From NCBI GenBank assembly GCA_013265495.1, contig MU061578.1, positions 3,171,308 to 3,233,307 of the forward strand: a stretch of DNA of 62,000 nucleotides, written 5' to 3'. The position numbers and the translations under genes are program-made. Below, in pieces: positions 39,601 through 51,629 of this stretch (positions are counted from its first letter, which is position 1; every line of letters starts with the position of its first letter). Origin of the DNA: Vicugna vicugna (lineage: Eukaryota). The notes beneath the pieces are model-generated. The model was given only the letters and a program-made list of their open reading frames with translations, ran no database searches and had not been told where the DNA came from.

Positions 39601-42600
39601 TTTTACTGGGATGTGTGAGGACCCCATGCTTGGCGACCAGACTGTACAGATGTACAGGTGGCCCCAGAGATGCAAGTTCTGGTGTTCTGATCTTTGGACT
39701 GCTGCTAGCATGTTCTGTTTGTCTTGGCAGGTGGTGGTGGGTATTCAGTGGTAATTCCGGAAGGTGGGAGTGAGGGGCTGTTCCTCGAGTACTGGGTTCG
39801 CCTACTGGTGGGTGTCCAGCCAAAAGACACAACCAAGCCTAAGACTGGAAGAAGGATTTTATTACTTGCAGCAAGTAAAGAGAACAGCGGGGATCTTTCC
39901 CAAAGCAGTGTCTCCCCCAACAGTAAAACTGGGGAAGTTTGAAGCTAATGTGCATATTAGTGAAGTGGCTTGGGCGGTGGACAGAGTGGAAGCTTTAGTT
40001 GACTGAAGTCATGCAGCTCAGAAAAGGTCATCCCTTAGTTTCCAGTTGATCTGGTGGTAGAATGCTTTAGGCTAACCTTATCTTTGAAACAGAACTGGGA
40101 ATTTTCACAGCATATATATATCTTTGCTATGTTAGTTCTCATTTGTTTCTGCATTCTTCTGAGACTTGTTTAAAAACAAGCATTGTGGTGTAGATCACAA
40201 AATGGCTTAGGCCAAAAATGGCTTCTCTTACATCAAGAAAGTCATGCCTGGTTCTGTTTCTCCCAGGACCCCCTACCCTATCTGCTTACCAGGCAGCTGG
40301 AGGAAGGCATGTATGTTCTGAAAACATTTCTTACTTAATTAATAACTTTCTAAATAGATTTTTAGGTTAAAATAATTTTTCCCAAAGACCTGGAAAGCCT
40401 AGGAATGCAGGCTTTAAAAAGCAGCGTGCCTCAAATTGGATAGACATGCCCAGTGCAGTGGGTCAAAGTTCTCCAAGAGCCTCCTCCTGCCCTGCCACCA
40501 TTCAACAGGGGCCTCTGTTTTCTTCTCTCAGGGACAAGGTGGCCTTCATTACAGGCGGTGGCTCTGGAATCGGGTTCCGGATTGCTGAGATTTTCATGCG
40601 GTGAGCACTGCTCTGTATACTTTGTGCCCCGCTTTTGCACCCCCACACGTACCCTTGCATGGACCCTGCTGGACCTTGGGATCCTGGGCAAAACGCCAGT
40701 GGGTGATGGGAACCCCTCTAGGCCCTGGGCCATCAGAGAGCATCTGAAAGGAGTCAAGTGCTGTCCTGAGGGAGGCAGGACTCCAGTGTCTCCTAGAGGT
40801 TAGTCTAGACTGTGGCTCTGGCCTCAGCACCCCCATTTGCACAAAGGGAGGGTTCAAAAGGTTGAGGTAACTACTGCAGGGCCCCCAGGGCCTTGCTGAG
40901 CCAGGGTTAGGGCAGGCCCTACAGTAGTTGGACCCTGGCACTGTGCTGAATACAGTGTCTGTCTCCTGGGACACAAGTTCTGTGGCCTCAGGCCTAGGTC
41001 AACACTTTGTCACCCTCACTTAGGATAGGCCCAGAGTTAGGCCGGGGTTGGGGGAGGTGAAGCCAGTTTCTTCTGGGACCCTGCTTTTCAGAGAAGTGGT
41101 CCTACTGAACGAGATGTGGGGATTTGTCCATTCATTCCGGGTAAACTCGTTTTCTGAGCTGGAAGCTATGTTGCTTCTCTGAGCAGAGAGTGGCCAGCTA
41201 TACTGGGTGGGAGTTTGAGGATTAGGTGGGATTAGCTTAGCAGGTGGTTGCTGCTACTGTTACTGAGTTTGAGGCTGAGTTTGTCTGGAGGTGAGGCAGG
41301 AGAAGTACCTTGACCTCAGAATGGGCTCTCTGTCCTTTACTACAACGTTATGGCAGTTTGGTGGGACGGGGCATGGTGCCAAGCCAGGTGGACTCAGCAG
41401 GACTCAAACAGAGCCTGGGCCCCATGTCTGAGGCTCACAGAAGCTTTGGTGCCGTGCACATGGTATTTGGGGCAGGGCCCACATCCCTGTGTGGCTGGGA
41501 TCCTCGTTCCAGAGAGACCCAGTGGTCTCTGGGTGCCTGGTGCCTACCTGAGGTCCCACCACCATTGCTCAGCCCCACTTAAGTCCCTGTGTCCTCTACC
41601 AGCTGTGCCTTCAGTCCTGGGCTCCTGTTTCAGCCCGAGAGCCCCTTGGGGGAGGGGGGCTTTGCTTAGAGTGCCAGGCATGAACCCACCTGGGTGTGTC
41701 CCTCACACCTGCTCTTTGGCTTTCCAGGCATGGATGCCACACAGTCATCGCCAGCAGAAGTCTTCCAAGAGTATCGATGGTGATGGGTCCCTCCTTTGCC
41801 CACCCTGTCCCTGGGTGGCTTTGGGGGACAAGAGCCTGGGCCTGGAAGATCCTGAGGTCCAGAGGATGATGACACCAACTCTGCTCTTCTCCCAAATAGG
41901 AGGCTTCAGTGGCAGTGGCCTCCAGGAATACCCTCATCTTAAAGAATCTAAATATTGGGTCCTGTGGGGGGACCCTTATGTTGGGTGGCACCATGTCCCA
42001 AGAGAGATCTCCGGGCTCACCAAGGTTTTGCGGGAGACAGTCTCCCCTCTGCCCCAGCTGGTCTCTGGGCAGGGCTGGAGCAGCCATTCACCAGTGACTG
42101 GTGACCAGTGTTCTAGTGGTGGTGAGAGGAGAGGGAGTGCGAGATGTCTTAGAAGTGTCCACCACGGGTCATAGCCCTGGGGAGTGGACCAGCTGCGTCT
42201 TCCCAGAGTGGTTTTAGAAGCAGAAACCTGGCTTCCTGGCAGAACCCATACTCACCACCCTCATCGGATTCCTCCAGGCCGAGGCCCACCTGTCTCTTCC
42301 TGTTTGGCTTCTAGGCTTCCCAAAAGCTGGCTGCTGCCACCGGCCAGAGGTGCCTCCCTTTGTCTCTGGATGTCCGATCTCCCCTGGCCATCACGGCAGC
42401 TGTGGAGCAGGCGCTGAAGGAGTTCGGGAAGATCGACATTCTCATTAACTGTGAGTCACTGTCACTGCCTGGGGGCTTCTGATGGGTCAGCAATAGTAGA
42501 CCTCCCTGTTTGGAGGCCCCAGAACTCCTGCCCTGGGTCCAGGCCACTGTCCTGGCCCAACTCTCCTCCTCCTGGGTCAGTGTATCCGGGGCTTAAGTGG

Positions 42601-44778
42601 ACACCCTGTGAACTGGGCCGAATCACGGAGTAGAGGCACTCTTGTGTCCTGACATTGCCCCTTAAAGAAAAAGGAACACATATTATTTTTAGTATAGTTT
42701 TAGGTTTACAGTCTAATTGAGCAGATAGGACATATAACTCCACATCCTTCCCTGCCCCCTCCAGTGTCCACTATTAACGCCTTGCATTTATTAAAACTGG
42801 GGAACCGATATTGACACGTACTGTTAACTATAGTCCCTATTTTACATCCAGGTTCACTCTTTGCTGAAATTCCCTTTAAAAACATTCAGTGCGGCAGTTT
42901 CCTGCTGCTCACAAAGTCATAAGCTGGGCAGCCTAAAACAACAGAAATTTATTCTGTCTGAGTCTGGAGGCTGAGGTGTGTCAGGACTGCACTATAGCTG
43001 AAGACTTCCAGGGATATTCTGTTCCAGGCCCAGCTCTTACTTTCTGGTGTTGCTGCCTGGTGTCCTTGGCTTGGGGCTGCCTCACTCCAGCCTCTGCCTC
43101 CTTCACACTGCCAACCCCCCTGTGCATGCCCCCCCTCTTTAAGGATGCCAGTCCTTGGATTTAGGCCCATCTTAATTCAGTACCTTGATTATTTCTACAA
43201 AGATCATCTTTCCAAATACGATTATGTTCACAGGTATCAGGGGTGGGACTCCAGCATATCTTCTTGAGGGACACAGTCCAACCCACAATATCCATCTTGC
43301 CCATCATTCAGGAATTTGTTCAAATACTTGGGCTTCTTTCCCTGTCCAGCCTGGACTACCATGAGGGTCTGTATGCTTCAGCTGCCTGGGGCTCCAGCAT
43401 TATCCGCTGTCTCCTTCCACCCTGTAGGTGCAGCTGGAAACTTCCTGTGCCCTGCGGGCGCCTTGTCCTCCAATGCCTTCAAGACCGTGATGGACATCGA
43501 CACTTTGGGCACCTTCAACGTGTCTCGTATACTCTTTGAGAAGTTCTTCCGGGTAAGTGTCCTATGGCTGGGGCCTTCCCTCTTATGGCTGCCTGCTCAC
43601 TACCCTCCTCATGTGTTGCAGGACCATGGAGGGGTGATCGTGAACATCACCGCGACCCTGGGTACCCGGGGGCAGGTGCTCCAAGTGCATGCAGGCTCTG
43701 CCAAGGCAGCTGTGGGTATGGGCACCCCCTCTGGTCTGCCTTCCTGGGTTCCCACTGGGTCTCTCTTACCTGTCCCACTGGGTCCCTTTTGCCTATCCCT
43801 GGAGGCCGGCAGTGTCTGAGTGAAGCTGAGCCCAGTGGTGGGCAGTGGAGAGGCCAAGCCCTGGCCCTGAGCCTCCACCCACTCCCAGGCCACCCCAGGA
43901 AGCAGAGCAGCTCTGCTTCTCCCTCATACCTGCCTGACTCCCATGCAGATGCGATGACACGGCACCTGGCAGTGGAGTGGGGTCCCCAGAACATCCGAGT
44001 CAACAGCCTCGCCCCCGGCCTCATCAGTGGCACGGAGGGGTTCCAGCGGCTGGGTAAGGCTCTTGGGGCTCCCAGGCCCCACAGTGGATGCTTCCCTGGG
44101 CACAGGCCCCATAGTGCCTCTGTGGGCTGCAGTCCCACCTGGCTGGGACAGGCTTGGGATCAGAGCCAAGTCTTCATGGCTCTGTGAGTCTGGGACTGGC
44201 ATAGCCCTTCCCCAGGCTGGGGACAGTTAGCACACCCCTATGATGGACTGATGGTCAGCTGGACTTGGGCAGCTGCTCCTTTGAGACAGAGGCTACAGGG
44301 CTGCTGGCCTTGATGTGTGAGCTGCACACAAAGTGGGGCACCCATTGAAGCCTCCAGAACCTTGGCAGCGTGAGCGTGGAAAAGCCCTGTTCTGATTCTG
44401 TGGCAGTGTTGTCTGTATCTGTCCTGTTTTTCCTCCATAGAGTGGTGCTAACAGTGCCCCCAGCATCCCTAGGTGTGGCTTAGGGAAAGCTGGGCAGGGG
44501 AGGATGGAGGGCCTCAAGGTCCTGGGGCTCACAGGTGCTGAGCCTCCCGCTTCCTCCCAGGTGGCCTGCAGGCTGGCTTGAACGCTAAGGTCCTGACCAG
44601 CCCCCTGAAGAGGCTGGGGAACAAGACGGAGATCGCCCACAGTGCCCTCTTCCTGGCCAGCCCTTTGGCATCCTACATGACAGGGGCTGTGCTGGTGGTT
44701 GATGGTGGGTCCTGGCTGACATCCCTTAATGATGTCGGGTTGCTGACGGACTTCACATCCTTCTCTGCTAAGCTCTAG
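39418..44778 (+). CDS. DECR2: Peroxisomal 2,4-dienoyl-CoA reductase (SDR family), 292 aa; coding exons 39418-39497, 40532-40600, 41728-41779, 42315-42450, 43428-43552, 43622-43715, 43949-44053, 44561-44778
   Basis: MAQPPPDV start, TGGGSGIG Rossmann motif, [31 protein letters not shown] and C-terminal PTS1 AKL*. Exons sum to 879 nt; all introns GT-AG. Confidence 0.97.
39779..40291 (-). mobile_element. Solo ERV LTR in DECR2 intron 1
   Basis: TG...CA ends, ~510 bp, minus-strand AATAAA (39858-39863) and TATA-like run (40111-40120). Confidence 0.7.
42675..43270 (-). mobile_element. L1M 3' fragment (42675-42870) plus MLT1 LTR (42890-43270) in DECR2 intron 4
   Basis: AAAACAACAGAAATTTATTCT..TCTGGAGGCT..., AAGGATGCCAGTCCTTGGATTTAGGCCCA..., GACACAGTCCAACCCACAA are MLT1-type. 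Confidence 0.7.
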
Positions 44779-46934
44779 GTGATGTTCTCCACTTTCTGGG
44801 GTCACCTGTGTCCTAGGCCCTCTCCCCAAAATACACACCTGGTGGACTGATGATCACTGTGCTGGGCCTGACATGCTCCCATCAGACTCTTGGATGTGTG
44901 TTTAGGTGTGTTCTCAGGCACTTCTGGGTTCCCCTGCTCCACATGTAGGGTAGGGCCAGGAGGTCCTCCGGAGGGGTTCCATTCCCCCCAGTCCCATGGA
45001 GCTGCACTGCAGACCTCAGGGCCTCCCTGCAAACCAGGACCAGCCGTGGCCCCTGTGGCTGGCATCCCAGTAGCTAGGATGAGGAGCATTCATTGTGGGG
45101 AGGTCAGGGAGAGGGCAGAAGAGGATATTGGTGTCCAACCCCCAAGAGATGCACAAGGCCTGGCTGCCTGCTGCCCTCTCTGGGCACTGCTGTGGAACCA
45201 TCACTTCCGGCCTGCCCTAGCCAGGCCACTCACCCACCCTGGGCTGTGCAGGAGGCGGGTGCTGGTCTCCCGTGCATGGGGGTAGTGACCAGGTAGTGAC
45301 CTGACCACACCACATAGGTTTCTGCAGGGGGAGGTCGGCGTGCCAGCGCTTGGAGAGTGGTGATGAGGCCAGGCTGTAGGGGTGTCCCTCCCCACCTAGG
45401 GTCAAGGCCGTCCTCCCTGCCCAGCCCCAGCCTAGCCTGGCCTCCTTTCTTCTTCTGCCTGTGTCCAGCCAGTACCCTGAGGCGGCCCCTGCTGCCTGGT
45501 TGGAGAGAAGGGGGCATTTCAGGCTGTCTTCTCTTCCTTGCTCCCCTACTTTGGGACCTTTGCTTGGCAAAGGGAAGCCAAACCAGGGAGGTTGGAGAAG
45601 GGTGTTTGAGCCCTCCCTGCAAGACCTCCTGTCCTGGGTCCTCTGATCAGGGTGTGTGGGCTGTACACTGACCTTTGCCTGGGGGGCATTCCTCCCTGTT
45701 GGCCTCCAGTGATGTGGGCAAGGTTGCTCCTCACCTGCCCCAGAGCCCCTCCTTTGCTGGGACATCCCCAGAGGAGTTAGTCTTTGGTCATTCAGGGGCT
45801 CACATTCTAGGCCCCCCAGGTGGCCTGTCCTTGCCACCAGCGCTCTCCCTCAGGCCCAAGGGAATCTGGAACTCTGACCCCTCACTTGTTCCTTAATGAC
45901 TGCTTTTTGACCTCCAGGCAAGGACCTAAGGGAGCTACTTGGTTCCTGGGCTTGTTTTCTATGCTGTTTGTTAAAAACTTCGAGGTGCCCAAAGCTGTTG
46001 GTCAGCCCTCTGACTGGGCACATGGATCCATCCTTCTCTCTGTATCATCCCTTTGCATAAGCACAGGTTCTAGAGTTTTGCCACAAAATGCATTTCCTTA
46101 AAAAAATGATCTTTTTACTATAAAGACATCTCTTTACTGGACTTCCCAAAAGTTTTTAGAAGGAAAAGGAGGACACCTGAAAAGAATCACTGGTGATCTG
46201 GTTATTTAGAGGTAGTGGGTGTTTCCTTCTTGTCTTTAATCTGTGAGGGGTTTAGAAAACGCTTTTTACCCAGTGCTTGAAGCGCCCCCATCCTCAGACA
46301 GAAGGAGCCCACCCTGAGTCAAGGGGAGGCTGTCTGCTCCCCTGGTGGGAGGGGCGTGCTCCCCGGGGTCCCCAACGGTACTGCCTGCTCCTGCAAGGTC
46401 CTGGTGCTGCCATTAGGGTGCTGAGCTTGAACCCTCTGCCCTAGAAGCCCATGCCCATTTTTTGCTTGTCTTGAGTTCCTTCCGGCCTCCACAGGTGCAA
46501 GGGAGTGGCAGGGAGGCTCCAGGACTGTGCCAGCTGGGAGGCCATCTGGCAGAGGGAGCTCTGCTTGCTATTTAAATGGAGACCAGAATGTGGTGGCATC
46601 AAGTCCACTAGGGAGGCAGGCAAATGGGTGCTTATGATGCCGCTGGGGGAAGAGACTGAACAGGAAAGGCAGTTACTGGGGAGCTGCAGGCAGTGAGAGG
46701 CAGAGGCAGTCATAGGCCCCAACAGGCCAGAGAGCTGGGGCCTGCTGTCCCCTGTGGAGAAGGTCCTAGGGAGGGCATCCCGCCAGCCACACATGAAGGC
46801 CGGGACATACGGTTGAGGTGTGATTCCAGCAGGGGGTTTAGTTTAAAAGAGGCCTTGTTCTGGGACTCTACAGTGGCTTAGCTCCCGGAGGACAGAAGAG
46901 AATGAGGCAGGTTCTGGGAGTAAGCCTTTTATTA

Positions 46935-47315
46935 CTGTCAGTCAGGGTTCTCCAGAGAAGCAGGACCAGTAGGATATATATAGATACACATGAGGAGATT
47001 TATTATAGGGACTGACTCATGTGATTGTGGGGGTTGAGGTGCCGTCTGCAAGCTGGAGACCCAGGAAAGCTGATGGTGTGGTTCAGTCTGAGCCCAAAGG
47101 CCTGAGAACTAGGGGCTCTGACGGCCAAGGGCCAGAGAAGGTGGATGTCCCAACTCAAGCAGAGAGTGAGGGAATTGCCCTTCCTCCACCCACACTGGGG
47201 AGGGCAGACCTTCACTCAGTACTGAATCAAACACTAATCTCTTCCAGAAATAGGGGTTTACCAGCTATCTGTGCATCCATTCACCTAGTCATGTTGACAC
47301 AAAATTAACTATCAT
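46935..47315 (-). mobile_element. MLT2 (ERVL) LTR
   Basis: GTCAGGGTTCTCCAGAGAAGCAGGACCAGTAGGATATA... and GTTGACACAAAATTAACTATCA are MLT2-type termini. Confidence 0.8.
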
Positions 47316-47890
47316 GGCTACACACACCATAAAGCCTGTCTCTGTGCTCCGTCATCTGCATGGGGTGGTCAATGTGGCTGTAAGAAGTTGGCCTCGCTGT
47401 TTGGCTTAGTCCACCAGCCGTAGCTGTTGTCCTGCAGGGGTAGGGTGGCTGCTGGGGGCTCCTGGGTCATAAGCACATCCAACAGGTGTCACTTACCAGG
47501 TGGTGAGGCTGGTGGGCTTAAGGACGGGCTGGCACAGAGGACCAGGTGCACATGGTGATGGAGACAGCATCGGCCCCAGCTGTGGCACATGAACTTGGTG
47601 GCAGAGAACGAGGTTCTCCCCTTCCATGTTAACAGTTGCAAAAATTCCCCTAGAAAATGCCAGATTCTCTGAAAGGAAGGATAACTTTAAAAATGTGAAC
47701 TGGGGTCAATTTTTTTAAACCAAAGCTGTGGAAGCTGATTTACAGGCCCTGCTAACTCTGAGTCCTTCTTCCTTGGTGTGAGGATGGTGCACTTTCTTTT
47801 TTTCAGAACTTTACATAAAAACATCTGCCAAAACCAGGCTGCCCACCACAAGGGTGTGACCATCCAGCCCCCACTCCATGTTGCACATTT

Positions 47891-47978
47891 TATTTTATTT
47901 TTATTTTTAACAGAGGAATTGAACCCAGGACCTTGTGCATGCTAAGCATGCACTCTGCCACGGAGCTATACACCCCCT
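47891..47978 (-). mobile_element. tRNA-Ala-derived SINE with perfect 17-bp TSD
   Basis: CTCCATGTTGCACATTT at 47874-47890 and 47979-47995. Confidence 0.88.
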
Positions 47979-48170
47979 CTCCATGTTGCACATTTAAAAA
48001 GACATCATGTGCCATATCTCTTGAATGAACACATGAATGACCCCAGCCTGCTCATTCCTGTGTGTTGTAAGCTACACAGAGTGTCCCCGAGGTATCCCAT
48101 GATGCAGTGAACCTTATAATTGCCTAAAGTAGACTGTTAGTCTGGAGGAGTTTCTCTGCTGACTCCCCCT

Positions 48171-48184
48171 GTTGCCATGGTAAC
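48171..48184. promoter_or_regulatory. Consensus RFX X-box GTTGCCATGGTAAC
   Basis: Exact match to GTTRCCATGGYAAC. Confidence 0.65.
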
Positions 48185-51100
48185 TTGGTAAAACTCCCTG
48201 GCGTGCACATGCTAGCTTTGTCTGCAGTGACCTCAGACAGGTCCAGAGGTTGTGCTACACTGTTTCTGGGTCCCTGAGTTGGCACCCTCCCCATGTGGGT
48301 CTCTGGTGGTGTAGGGCACTGTGGTACCTGCTGGGGCTGGACCACCCCCATGGGGGAGAAGTGACTCGAGAGGCTGAGGGTGACTTCCTCGCTGGGATGC
48401 TGTCCACCTACCAAGTGAGCCCTTTGGTGCGCTGACAGGGTCCAGCCTGAGCACAACTGGCCCTCTTGACCTTCCTCATGGGCTTGGACATGAGCTTGCT
48501 GAGTGAAGCAGGGAGAGATGGTGAATCCCTGAGAACTCAATGGTTCCAGGCTCAGCAGATGGTCCCCTATCCTCTGACCCTCGCATCGCTTTGTCCTTAC
48601 CTTGTGGGTCAGGCTGAGCCTCCCTTGCAATGGTTGAGCACCCACCCTGGGCTGCAATGTTCAGGTGAGCGTCCTGCTCATCCCTGGCTCTGCACTGAGG
48701 CCCAGTTGTGCAGCAGCCGGGAATCCCTGTGCTCTTGAGCAGAGCAGAGGGGCTCTCCAGGGTCAGGGCTTCCCAGGCTGGGAAGAGGGCTTGGCATGGA
48801 CCTCCTTGGGCATTTCCTTCTGGGTACCTAGGCTGGTCTCTAGGATGCTGTTGACACAAACCTACTCAGGCTATTCAGATAAAAAGGAGATGTGTGGCGA
48901 GATCCTGGGACTTTCACAGGCTCCAAGGATGGGATGCACTGGAGCTTGGGAACAAAGCTGAGGCCCAGGGTTTGAGGGCCTGGGAATGGGTCTCCCTTCC
49001 TCCTCCCACCCCTACCTGCCAGTGAACCCACACCTCCCCTCTCTGCCAGTCAGCTCTCTCTGCGTCCCTGTGTGTGAACTGTAGCCCAGCCCCTTGAAGA
49101 CAGAGACAGGTTCCTTCTGGCAGACTCAGCTCTCCTTTCCAGAGGAAAGGCTCATACTCACTCTGGGACAGGGGCCTGGCTCTTGCTCAAAAAACTGTGG
49201 CCAAGGGTTGACTGCATCATATGAATGTGGTAACTCCCACTTCTAGAAAATATGTGTTGACAGGCATCCCACGTGTGTTGTGACTTACACCAAACAAACT
49301 CACTAGAGACCAATGTGTAGACCAGTGTAATGAGAACGTGTGTGAGTATATGTGCGAGTGTGTGTGTGTGTGAGAGAAATCAAATGAGTCTCTGGTCCCC
49401 TCGCTGGCGAAACCCAAGGGCCCAAAGGAGGTGGCAGAGGCTCCCGGCTCACATCTTGGGACCAGAACTCTGCCCATCTCAGCTCTTCTGTCCTGGGGCC
49501 ACATGGAGACGAGATCCCTCTTTGGACTTCCCTCTTCCTTGCTTGTGCTAACAGGCCCTTCAGGGAAACAGCTCCTTAGACAGGATTGCTGGATTTCACA
49601 TTTACTGCTGGATTCTGGTTCAGGTCTCTGGGATCAGACCTATGTTACCTTAGTGGATAGAAGTTTCTGGAACTCTTCAGTCATTTATTTACTGATTATA
49701 TTGCATTATTTCCTCAGGTAACACATATAATCAGCTTGGAGTTCAATAATTGAACTCTCAGGAGATAATTTTATTTCCAAATTTCGTAGTATTTTGGGAC
49801 ACCTTATCCCATCTGTACTTCAAAGCACCAAGACCTGAGAGGTGTCTGTTGAAGAAGGAGTAAGGAATGTTAGGCAGGAATATGCAGAATTAACTTTTAA
49901 CTCTTCCATCATCACATGTAATTTGGACAATTTTTACAAAACAGGAGAGTGATGTGAATTAGATCGTCACCTCTGGAAAATGTGACCCGTGGCTAAAAAA
50001 AGAAGTTCTGAATCTGCACAAACCTTTCCTCGCCTGGTCTTCAGTGCCCATCCCCCGGCTGGGGGCTATGATTTTGGTGGCAGGGGAGGCATGGTGGGTG
50101 TGGGATGTGCTACATAGCGCTCTGGGCACGTGGGGACTGGAGATGCCTGTCGTCACAGGAAGATGGGAGCAGGTGTCAGCAACTGCAGTGAAATGTTAAA
50201 ATAAGAAAATCATCCAAACCTCAGCTGAGTCAAGAGGAATTAAATTGTGCCTTCCAAACTCATGGTCTATTTTTGCTCTAAGAAATGTACTTGACTAAAT
50301 TTGAAGGTGAGGAAAAGAAATCTTTCCCCACTGAATAAATATCAGTAAACATGAGTGTGAACTGTGCTCTCAGTTGCTGGAGGCCACTGGGGAGAGTGTC
50401 TGTGATCTAGACCTAAAACTGACTCTGCTCTGGGTTAACTTACCCAACACAAAATGTTCACCTTGTTTTCACAATTGTAAGTTAGAAGTATTTGGCCAGC
50501 AGTTTTTGTTTATTGCTTGATTGAAGTACAATTGACCTACAATAAAGTGCACATGAGTAAAGTGTACAGTTTACCAAGTTCTGACGTGTCTACACTCGTG
50601 AAACCAGGATCACAATCAAGAGGATGAACATACGCATTACCTCCTGCTCCCTGGTAACCCCTGCACCTTTCCCTACCCCTTCATCCCCAGGTGACCCTGT
50701 GGAAGAGCTGGTGACCCAACCAGGATGGTGGCTCAGGCCTGGGAGGGCGAGGCTGGCCTCTTCTAGTGGGGAGAAGAGGCTCCAGGAGGAGGAGGGGCTG
50801 ACATCTGGCTGAAAAGTGGGACAGTAGGTAGAGGCACTGGGCCCTCAGCGGGTCCAGAACCCCTTTTTCTGGGGTGCCTAGTCATAGGCTGGTGGCCCCA
50901 CTGCTCCTTCACCCGGATCCCATCGCAGGTCTGTGGCAGGTCCCTTCTCCCTTGAGCTCTGCCCCTCTCCTGCTGTCTGTCTCCAAGGCCACCTTTGTGG
51001 CCTCCCTGGGGCCATCCTAGCCAGCTGTCCCACAGTGCCCTGAGTGAGGCTTCCACTCGACCACTGACTGGCTCCATCCTGGACTTTGTGCTCCAGGCAG

Positions 51101-51285
51101 AGGGCTCGCTCCAAGAGCAGTGATCACCGAGGAAGGACCTGTCACAGATGTATCTGGAACTGTCCAATTTGGGAGGAGGCTTCTTTAGACACCCCCAAGA
51201 ATCTGCTCCCCAACTCTCTGGTATGGGTTCCCAACATCACTCTGCCTTGGACACAAATTACTTTCAATATTAAAATAGCTGATAG

Positions 51286-51360
51286 GATGGGTATAGCTCA
51301 GTGGTAGAGCACATGCTTAGCATGCACAAGGTCCTAGGTTCAATTCCCATTACCTTCATT

Positions 51361-51390
<30 letters not shown>
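51286..51390 (+). mobile_element. tRNA-Ala-derived SINE
   Basis: GGGTATAGCTCAGTGGTAGAGCACATGCTTAGCATGCACAAGGTCCTAGGTTCAATTCCC plus (GAAAA)n tail; TSD AAAAT(A/G)GCT(G/A)ATAG. Confidence 0.88.
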
Positions 51391-51394
<4 letters not shown>

Positions 51395-51629
51395 TGGCTA
51401 ATAGAGATGATCTCACAAACAGATCAGGGAAGGACAGATAGCTTTGGGAAACTGGCTCTTTAAGTGAGAGAAATAAAGTCAGTTCCCTATTTTATACCAC
51501 ATTAAAAATAAACAAAAAACTTCCAAATGGCTTAAAGACATACTTGTGAAAGGAAAAACTATAAAAAGAGGTGGATATGTTTGAGACTTTGTGTAGAGGA
51601 TTTATTTATTGATTTTAAAAAGTGTTTAT

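Larger units (their letters stand above)
46928..48184 (-). pseudogene. Candidate unannotated or decayed 4-exon RFX-driven gene (weak by-eye resemblance to FAM183/CFAP144); blocks 48113-48178, 47757-47824, 47497-47649, 47431-~47316
   Basis: Perfect X-box over a Kozak ATG, phase-compatible AG/GT sites (including CTG|GTAAGT), AATAAA at 46928-46933, and an in-frame TAA in block 1. Homology is unverified. Confidence 0.35.

Noticed and set aside
41350..42174. 274-aa ORF across DECR2 exon 3
   Set aside because: It is in a different frame from the exon, mostly intronic, starts at a non-ATG codon and has no recognisable homology.
51286..51360. tRNA-Ala-like sequence as a real tRNA gene
   Set aside because: It has stem mismatches, an A-rich tail and a TSD, and five similar copies are present, so it is a SINE.
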